DNA of 64,000 nucleotides from Caecitellus pseudoparvulus (taxonomy: Eukaryota > Protista > Bigyra: Bicosoecida): assembly GCA_965644315.1 (NCBI GenBank), contig CBFFRQ010000055.1, positions 62,001-126,000 of the forward strand, given 5' to 3'. Both the position numbers and the translations under genes were made by a program. How positions within the stretch are numbered: position 1 is the first letter of the stretch; every line of letters begins with the position of its first letter. The notes beneath the pieces were generated by a model. It saw only the letters and a program-made list of their open reading frames with translations. It was not told the origin of the DNA and searched no databases. Positions 56,788-64,000 of the stretch are shown piece after piece.

Positions 56788-57133
56788 GTCGAGCAAATGT
56801 GCAAGTGATGTTGACGGTAGGGACTTTCACTGGCAGGTCTGCCTATTCCTGACGCTTGGCGCCTTGAAGTGAAAAGCTGGGTGCACTGGTGCTTTGGGGG
56901 CACCTTCGCCTGAGAGCTGCGGCTAGCTTCACTGGGGCCTGCTTGCACAAGCGAGCAAACGCCACCTTCATGTTTTTGTGTTTATTGTATTATGTCCGGT
57001 AGGTTGGCTGCCGCCTCTTCCACGGCTGGAGCTCAAGCCACCTCCCCCCCCTCAATCCTACGTGGCGAATGCTCCACTTCATGCCAGCCTGCCGCGGGCC
57101 ACATCAAGCCTCACACCCAATTCAAGGACACCT

Positions 57134-57935
57134 TCAGCACGGTTCTGCGCCACGGCTGTCTCGGAGCACACCTAGATTGCCTCGGGCACGGACACCATGG
57201 CCCTGCTGGAGGCGTGCTTCTCTCTGCTTCAGCACCGACGCTCTGCCCGCTACTTTCTCCTGCGCTGACCTTACAATGCCGGACACTGCCCGCGACGCCT
57301 CTTGCACTGTGTGCGCATGAGCCAAGCTCTCTGTCAAGGCTCTGGTCAGCGCAGCGGCGGGTGGCACGGTGCACCACGCTGCACCCAGCAGGGACACAGT
57401 TGCAGCGCCAGGTGACAAGCATCCACCCGCTGCCATGAAACTGGGAAACAGCCACGCGCTCCCACATAGCAGTAGTTTGATAAATGCAGAGTACTTTGCC
57501 CAAGGGGTAAGCAGTCCTGCAGCATGGGGTGTAAGTCAGGTGGGACGATTCACGTTGCAAGCCAAGCGCCACTCACCTTTCCACCACGCTCCGTGCGCAG
57601 TTGGGCGCTGCATCCCACGCAGATGCCGCTGCAAAACAGAAACCTTCACAAAGTCATCCACTCGACTGCACTGCTTCAGGGGTGCTCGCAACTAGTGCTG
57701 GGAGGCAAAGGGCCCGACATTGGGAGGAGCCACGGACCTGTGCAATTTCCGCTGTCAAACCTGCCACCGTCCTGTCGAAGAGCGCTTCATCTGGACTCTG
57801 CAAACAGCCAGGCATTGTGGAGAAGCTCCAGCTCCAAGGGAGCATGCACCAACTCACCCTTAGCGAGGGGGCCACGGCAGCAGCGAAGTCCAACCCTGCA
57901 CAGACGAGGCAAAGCCACAGCGTGGCGGGCAGCAT
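57134..57935 (-). CDS. GET1/WRB (CHD5-domain)-like ER insertase subunit
   Basis: Spliced model with three introns: hydrophobic N-terminus, then LTAEIAQ|CSRVDDFVKVSVLQRHLRGM (resembles Get1 'L..E...IS..DEFAK.A.L.R'), then hydrophobic segments with W..P and W..C. 3' end uncertain. Confidence 0.5.
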
Positions 57936-58221
57936 GGTCGACACCCCTCCCAACCTGCGCTGCTCGAGACGTTGAGATTCGTGGTTGGTGAACTTGTTTG
58001 TGGTTCCGCATGGTGTGCTGCCTCTGGCGCAACGACCCCCCCTCGCAGAACTGAAGCTGGTGCTGCCCATTGGACACTGCGCCACAGGTGCACGGACACA
58101 TCAAAATGAAGAAATCACCTCTTTTCCTCCTCATACCCCTCCTACCTTTCGTCAGCGCGCTATCTCTGTGGCGCAGAGCGAGGTCAGGTTTGTGTGGGTG
58201 TGCAATTTCCGCAAGTACGCG

Positions 58222-60741
58222 ATGGCTGCTGCCGCAGCCGCCATTCAGATCGTGAACGATGCTATAGCAGAGGCAAATACATCCCAAACGCCAGTGAAGG
58301 CTTTGGGCGAGGCGCTCGTTCTGGCAAGCATGCGGCAGCAAGCAGCAGTGGATGAAGTATCCTTGGCGATGCACCGCGCAAGCTCCGCCGCTGCACACCA
58401 GTGCACGGCATCTGCAAGCTTGCAGCAAGTGTCAGCCACCGCTGGCCGTGCCTCTGCTTCGCATGGGGAAACCACAGACCAGTCACTCCACATGCACCGA
58501 CTCCAACAGCTCCACGAGCGGGTGCAGCTGCTTTCGAGCGCTGCCAGAGCCACTCGTGCGCTGCAGCGGTGGCAAAGCGCCGTATCCCGCGTCGCTCTGC
58601 TCCGGCCATCTTCAGCTCCGGAGCTGCTCAGTGAAGCCTGGGAGGCGATGGCAGCAGTAAGAGAAGCTGCTGCCAGTGTCGCCCAGCTACCGAAAACAAC
58701 CGCCAGGGCAAAACTCATGGACAGGTTGCGGCAGCAAGAAGCTGCAGCTGCTGAGAAGGTACACACAGCCACTCTTGCTGGCACACGCAGCGCCCTGGAA
58801 GCAAATCGGCTGCATACATTCATAGACCTGTTAGAGCGCCTAGACTTGAGCGAGGCATCCTCTGCTTTCGCTGGGGCAGTCCGCGGGCGCTCGCCTTGCT
58901 CCCAAAGGGAGGCATGGCAAGTCGCGGCTTTTGTCTTGGAGGGAGAGCCTGCCTTGCTCACTTCAGATGCCCCCCTCATTGCTGTTGCGGATGCTATGAC
59001 AGGGGGCCTTCCTGGTGCTTGGCAGGCGGCACGTGCTTGGGTGCTGCAAGGAGCTGCCCCGGCCCCGGGTGCCGCGGCCAGCCCTGCAACCAAGGACACT
59101 TTGCCCAGTGGTGTTAGCGACACTGCTTCACCAGAGGCTGCACCTTCGGATTTGGACCCACTTTTTACGAGGGACCCTTCCAGTCGTCGCCCTACAGGGC
59201 TTGGTGATGCCCTGCTTGCAGTGACTGGGGCGCCCAGCGCGCAAGCCGCACAAGATGTGGCGAGGGAGATATACTCTGCTGTTGCTCACGCTAGTGACCA
59301 GTTTGCCAAGGCACGAGTCCGCATAGATTTGGCTTGCTCAGTTCTGCAGACGGCTGGCATCGCCCAAAGCGCTGTAGGGGTTGCGAAGGACGCATGTGTG
59401 CAAGCTGCCGCAACTGCGGCCTCGGCCCCGGTTCGCCTGCTCATGACGCAAGCGCACGAGCTCGTCGAAATCGAACGCACAGTGCTAGTGAAGCTACAAG
59501 AAAGTGCGTCCACTGAGGAGGGAGTCCTCTCTGCTCTCTTGTCGCACGAAGCGTGGTGCGAGGAGTTGCTGCAGCTGTCTCAGTCCCTCACAACCTCACA
59601 CCGAAAGGCGCTGGTCGGTGCCATCCTCGCTTCGATGTCAACATGGCAAGGTACTTTACTATCTTATGCACAGCAAGGTCTGGGTGCCGGGGGCGATGGT
59701 GCAGCTGATGACGATGGCAGAGATGTGTTCCAGGCCTCTCCTGCTTCAGTCCAAGCAGGTTGCAGCCTCGCACGCCTTGTCCGTGCACTATCATGCAACG
59801 CCGTCCTGTGGAGCACATGCGAAAAATTGTGCCAAATCCCGCTTTTCAGTCATTCACCGGAGTCTTCGGCATTCGTTCTTCCTGCAGGTCTTGGCAGTGG
59901 CACTCTCGCAGAGCGTGTCACTTCGCGTGTTGGCCAGCTCATCACGTTGTCCTCGGCAAAAGACTCGATAGCAGGCAGTCTCTCAGAAGTTTTGTTCCAA
60001 GACGGAGAAACAGAGCCAGAAGGTGTGGGAAGCAAGCATTCTGTGCAGTGCATGGCAGCGGCCGCAGCCCTCTCAGCGGTGAGAAGTCTGCTTCAGGAGC
60101 CACTCGAGCTTCTTTCCCCCCAAAGCGCCCCAATTGAGGCGTCCACTCCAAGCACATCTGTTGGCTACAGTCGACAAGCGCAGAAGGGGGTCCAAGAGGC
60201 CGCCAGGGCCTTCTTGCGCCTTCTCAGAGAGCTATCCCCGAGTGCTCTCTCTGTTCTCCAGGATAGGCCTCCCCCCAGCCACATGCACGACCTACAAGCG
60301 GTGCTTGCAGCTGCGGAAGGTCTCGCCTGGCTTGGTGCTGCTAACTTGCCAGCTGGACTGCCGGCTGCGCAGGAAGTTGCTGCAAATGCTAGGCGAGGCG
60401 TGGCAGCCCAGCGTGCGCTGGACGCGTTGGCACAAGGCTCAGGCGATGTGGCGCCAGCATCTGCTTTGCCAGGGCTCCTTGTGCATTGCATGAGTTCCAT
60501 TTGCCAAGCCCAGCTATGGGCAACTGTCGTGACGAGTCCGCTTTCTTCTGCACAGTTGGGAGCTGATGTGGAGCACTGGGCTTCTGTCGCCGCGTCTGTT
60601 GGCCTGCCCATTGAACCCCTGCTGCTGGCTGCTGCTGGGCAAACAAAAGAGCTTGAAGGTGATCGTGGCGTGCACATAGCTCGCCCTCTTCGCCAGGCCG
60701 CGCAAGATCTACCAAGGGTGCCTGGCTCTGCACGCGAATGA
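58222..60741 (+). CDS. Divergent COG7-like (conserved oligomeric Golgi complex) helical protein
   Basis: All-helical ~840 aa. N-terminal coiled coil with ..RW..AV.. as in COG7; C-terminal QLGADVEHWASVAASVGL resembles COG7 QLxxDxxYLxNVxxALGL. Confidence 0.55.
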   Translation: MAAAAAAIQIVNDAIAEANTSQTPVKALGEALVLASMRQQAAVDEVSLAMHRASSAAAHQCTASASLQQVSATAGRASASHGETTDQSLHMHRLQQLHERVQLLSSAARATRALQRWQSAVSRVALLRPSSAPELLSEAWEAMAAVREAAASVAQLPKTTARAKLMDRLRQQEAAAAEKVHTATLAGTRSALEANRLHTFIDLLERLDLSEASSAFAGAVRGRSPCSQREAWQVAAFVLEGEPALLTSDAPLIAVADAMTGGLPGAWQAARAWVLQGAAPAPGAAASPATKDTLPSGVSDTASPEAAPSDLDPLFTRDPSSRRPTGLGDALLAVTGAPSAQAAQDVAREIYSAVAHASDQFAKARVRIDLACSVLQTAGIAQSAVGVAKDACVQAAATAASAPVRLLMTQAHELVEIERTVLVKLQESASTEEGVLSALLSHEAWCEELLQLSQSLTTSHRKALVGAILASMSTWQGTLLSYAQQGLGAGGDGAADDDGRDVFQASPASVQAGCSLARLVRALSCNAVLWSTCEKLCQIPLFSHSPESSAFVLPAGLGSGTLAERVTSRVGQLITLSSAKDSIAGSLSEVLFQDGETEPEGVGSKHSVQCMAAAAALSAVRSLLQEPLELLSPQSAPIEASTPSTSVGYSRQAQKGVQEAARAFLRLLRELSPSALSVLQDRPPPSHMHDLQAVLAAAEGLAWLGAANLPAGLPAAQEVAANARRGVAAQRALDALAQGSGDVAPASALPGLLVHCMSSICQAQLWATVVTSPLSSAQLGADVEHWASVAASVGLPIEPLLLAAAGQTKELEGDRGVHIARPLRQAAQDLPRVPGSARE

Positions 60742-61220
60742 CTCCTACACTTCTCTGCGGTCACAACAGGATTGAAGGGCAGCTCGGTCCGCACGTCGTG
60801 CTACGACTGGCAGGTGAACGTGTCAAGTTCAGGTTTGGATTGGCAGTGGAATGTCCGCCTCCCTACCACCGCTTTACTCAAAGGCGCAGGGCCTTCGAGA
60901 GGCTACCGTGCGGTCTCCTTGAGGGACATGCCTGTCTCGCAGCTTCAAGCAAATGCACATGCTCGGCATCTTTCAATGTCCCCTGGCATTACACCACGAC
61001 ACGTTGATGACACAGCGCTCTACTTCCAGCCTGCGCAAACCATCTGCGAAGACCAACTGCGAGCCGCTCGCGCGAGGTAGCTTCTCTAACCCCCTTGCAC
61101 CACCGCGCCCTTCCTGCCTGGTTGAGCAGCTGCGGCAGGCCCGCGCTCCGTTGGCCGGGTTTGAGCACCACAGAGGTCAGGAAACGCTGCCTTACATCTT
61201 CCAACGCCCCCTGTACGGTC

Positions 61221-64000
61221 ATGGCCTGGCACAATGTCACCCCCTGCGCGCTGCTGTGTCGCCTGCTGCTCGTTTGGTCCCTTCACCAAGCCGTGCGCGG
61301 CTCACCGTCCAGCGTGTTCGGAGCGCACCCCCTTGGGGCCTACGCTCCCCCGAATCAAGACATCCAGCTTTCAGTTGAGGTTTCTGGCCTGACGGATGGA
61401 CATGACCTCTTTATTGACGTCGGTACGCTTGCAGCTCTGACAGACGTCGGCGACGTGCTTCGCTCACGTTACACGCTGCGCACCGTGGCGGATGCGCAGG
61501 GTTTCCCGGCCCCATAGGCACCTTTCTGGACACTACTTCCATGACAGTTTCATCTCCAGACTACCCTGTATCATCTCAAATCTCCACCTTGCCTGCTGGT
61601 GTGTTGTGGTTCCCGGCCAGGAAACGCTGCTGAAACGTGGGAAGCCTGTCCCCTCGCACTGCTCACCTTTTCGCGCCGGCGCAGGAGTCGGCACGACTTG
61701 CACAAGTCACCCCTTTGCTCAGTCATCTGGCTCCCCCGCTTCTGTTTGTGGTCCAGCGGGGTCAGTGCTCGTCACAGTAAAGGTGCTGGACGAGAATGCC
61801 ACGCTGCCAACGTCTTTTTCCTTTGGAAACCTGCTGCTGGCGCAGGAAGACCGCCTACTGGACTTCTCTATTTTCTCTCGATCTGGATTTGCGCGAGAGG
61901 ACCTTGCAGGGCCTGGGTCGGTGTCCTCAATCTTTGAAAGCTCAGCGTCCCTCACTGGCTGGCCAAGCGAGAGGTACATCGTACCGTACTTTCGACCAGT
62001 GCAAACACTGCTTGCCGCCATCGAGCCGACACCACCAGCTCCACTTCGACTCCCCCCAGGCTCGCTTGTGAACTTATCCCAGGTGGTTCGCTTTCGAGAA
62101 GAAACGGCAACCGCTTGCGCTCTACGCTTGGTACATTCAGCGGCAGGCCGCTTGTCCCTCCTGGGCCTTGTGAATGCGTCGACCGAGGCCAGCACTGAGA
62201 TGGTGTTCGGAAGTGGGAACTTCTCTGATATTTTGGACACCATGCAGCCTCTTGGAGGTGGTCAGGGTGGCGTCCAGTTCATGTTTGGTGAAGTGAATGT
62301 CACCGCCCCAGGTCCGCCGGGCAACGTTACTGTTGTGACCGAGTGGGCAGTGCCTGCTGACTTTCCTGCCGTTGCGAGTTCGGGCAGTGTGACAGCTTCC
62401 GCATCCTTGGCATGCACAGAGGTGCTGGATACATCCTCCACGAGCTCTCTTGCTCTGGCTTTTGTGGAGCCTCGGTTGACACTTGCCCGTACATCTCCTG
62501 GTGGAGCTGAGGTTCTGGCCTTACCTGGATCGGAGCTCTCACTTATGAGCGAAGTCCGGGCGACACCCGGGATTCAGCGCTCTGAAGCATTCAACATAAG
62601 CCTGCTTGATGTGAATGCGAACCCGCGTGAGTACCAGCTGCGAGCCGTTGGCGTGAATGGCTTGGCAATGTGGAACTGCACAGGCGTGGATTGTGGCTTT
62701 CGCACCGAAGGGACTGGCCCAGGGGGGTCCTTCGCCCCCTACTTTCTCACCATCGCCAATGATACAGAACCTGGTGAAGTGCACTTGCTCGAGTACGCCA
62801 TCGTTTTGAACATAAGCCAAGAAAGCAACACCTTGGCGTTTGTCATGCTTGAGGCACACTATCAGTCCCTTCCAATGGAGCTGCATCCAGCTTCTCCCCT
62901 CAGGTACTACACTGCCCAGCTGACCATTCCTATCCGGGCGTCATTGCCGTCAGCGGCGATCGAGGTCAACAACACTGTGTCGCAGGCGCCTTTTCGCCTG
63001 CAGGTCGGCGAGGTGATTAGGATGCGTGCTAGGGCAGCATTCGTCCCTGGTCGCATGCTCGCTGCTGAAGTTCGCCTGACGACGTCCCTTTCCGGTGTTT
63101 TACAAGCTCTGGACTTTGGGAATGTCACCCTTCTGTCACCCTTGCTTGTCGAGAGCAGCCTGGGCCCGCTCCCCACATCATGGGAGGCCGCGTCACTGGC
63201 GAGTGCTGGCACGACAGTCTTTTCTCTTGCTCTAGGCGATGTGCAAGCATTTGGAAATGCGTCTCATGTTGCTGAGCTTGAATTCGACGTCATGGCCCGC
63301 GTGTTGGACGTGCCGGCAGCAGCTGCTGGCTCACCTGTCTCCCTGAGCGCGAACATCGTTGCCGCTGCGATTCCAATCGGCACTGTTCGAGCATCTCAGG
63401 TTCACACATTTCAAGAACCAGTTCTTCAGCTTTCAGCAGCTGCCCCTGTTGGTTTGGAAGTTCAGGCTGGTTCGGAATTTGTACTCACTGGGCACATCCT
63501 GGCGGGGTCCGCCCCCCCTGACGGGCATGCGTGGCACGTGCATCTGCACGACGACACCGCGTCCCTAGATACCTATCGAATCATGAATGTGACCGTTGAT
63601 GGGGTCCTCACATGGCAGTATGACTCGATGAACACTAGTTCAGGAAGAGTTGCAGAAGGGGCAGGGCCCTCTGGTGCCTCTTCGCTCCTCACTGCCATCG
63701 CATACCTCGGCGCCGGGGACGAGGCAACAGTGCAGTACGCGGTTCGGGTACTGCCTCACTTTTTGGTTGGTGTTCCTTTCAGTATCGACCTCCGCCTTGA
63801 ATGGGACACTCACTTCAACGCATCTGCAGCGCGGCAACTTACATCCCACGTGTCGGTGCCAGTAGCTGCACTTCAACCAACAACCCACTTCACCTCCATT
63901 TTGAATGATGGGTTTGCTCCTCCATCCTTGCATGTGAGGGGATCAACCCTTTTCGTCAACTTCACTATGTTTTTCCCCAAGGGCAGGGTTCCAGGGCTGG
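61221..64000 (+). CDS. Large secreted/surface protein with tandem DUF11/isopeptide-fimbrial-like beta-sandwich repeats (3' end outside window)
   Basis: Signal peptide MAWHNVTPCALLCRLLLVWSLHQAVRG; phase-consistent introns ~61423-61499 and ~61599-61684. Frame +1 is stop-free from 61393 to the window end, so it is absent from the ORF track. Repeat period 316 aa (VEP at 62464, QEP at 63412); many N-glycosylation sequons. Confidence 0.8.

Noticed and set aside
1-64000. Possible non-standard genetic code or stop readthrough (frame breaks in many genes, TAG at 61515)
   Set aside because: The breaks I traced are resolved by phase-consistent GT-AG introns, and TAA (RPS8), TAG (IleRS) and TGA (ABCC) are all used as true stops.
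1-64000. Endogenous virophage, Polinton or transposon insertion
   Set aside because: No AT-rich island, terminal inverted repeats, or integrase, RT, capsid or transposase motifs seen.

Overview
GC-rich (roughly 60-68%), very gene-dense eukaryotic nuclear DNA with short GT-AG introns (mostly about 55-170 nt). A Sig1/Ocm-type tubular mastigoneme gene points to a flagellated stramenopile; a heterotrophic, bicosoecid-like organism is an inference. About 25 protein genes can be modelled. Recognisable ones: an ABCC/MRP transporter, mitochondrial IleRS, a mastigoneme protein, a TLC-domain protein, RAD6/UBC2, a TMEM62-like phosphoesterase, RFC1, DUF924, MPC2, DUF4787, an SK-like K+ channel, RPS8, 3-hydroxybutyrate dehydrogenase, kinesin-3, and GET1-like and COG7-like proteins. 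Large or unusual ones: a 3.5k-aa Cys-rich multi-pass membrane protein, a Ubl-Ubl-UIM tyrosine-kinase-like protein, a six-CTLD C-type lectin receptor, and a pilin/DUF11-like repeat surface protein that runs off the window and is missing from the ORF track. No mobile element, rRNA, tRNA or CRISPR array was seen. Most notable observations: (1) the palindrome AATGCATT sits in the 20-37 bp spacers of three convergent gene pairs, and AATGCA variants lie downstream of many other stops, suggesting a lineage-specific, bidirectional 3'-end signal; (2) a structured double-hairpin RNA in the unusually long RPS8 intron; (3) the domain architecture of the kinase; (4) a CaaX-terminated kinesin-3; (5) the bacterial-fimbrial-like repeat protein. 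Gene models were assembled by eye and all family calls come from motif recognition, not database searches.
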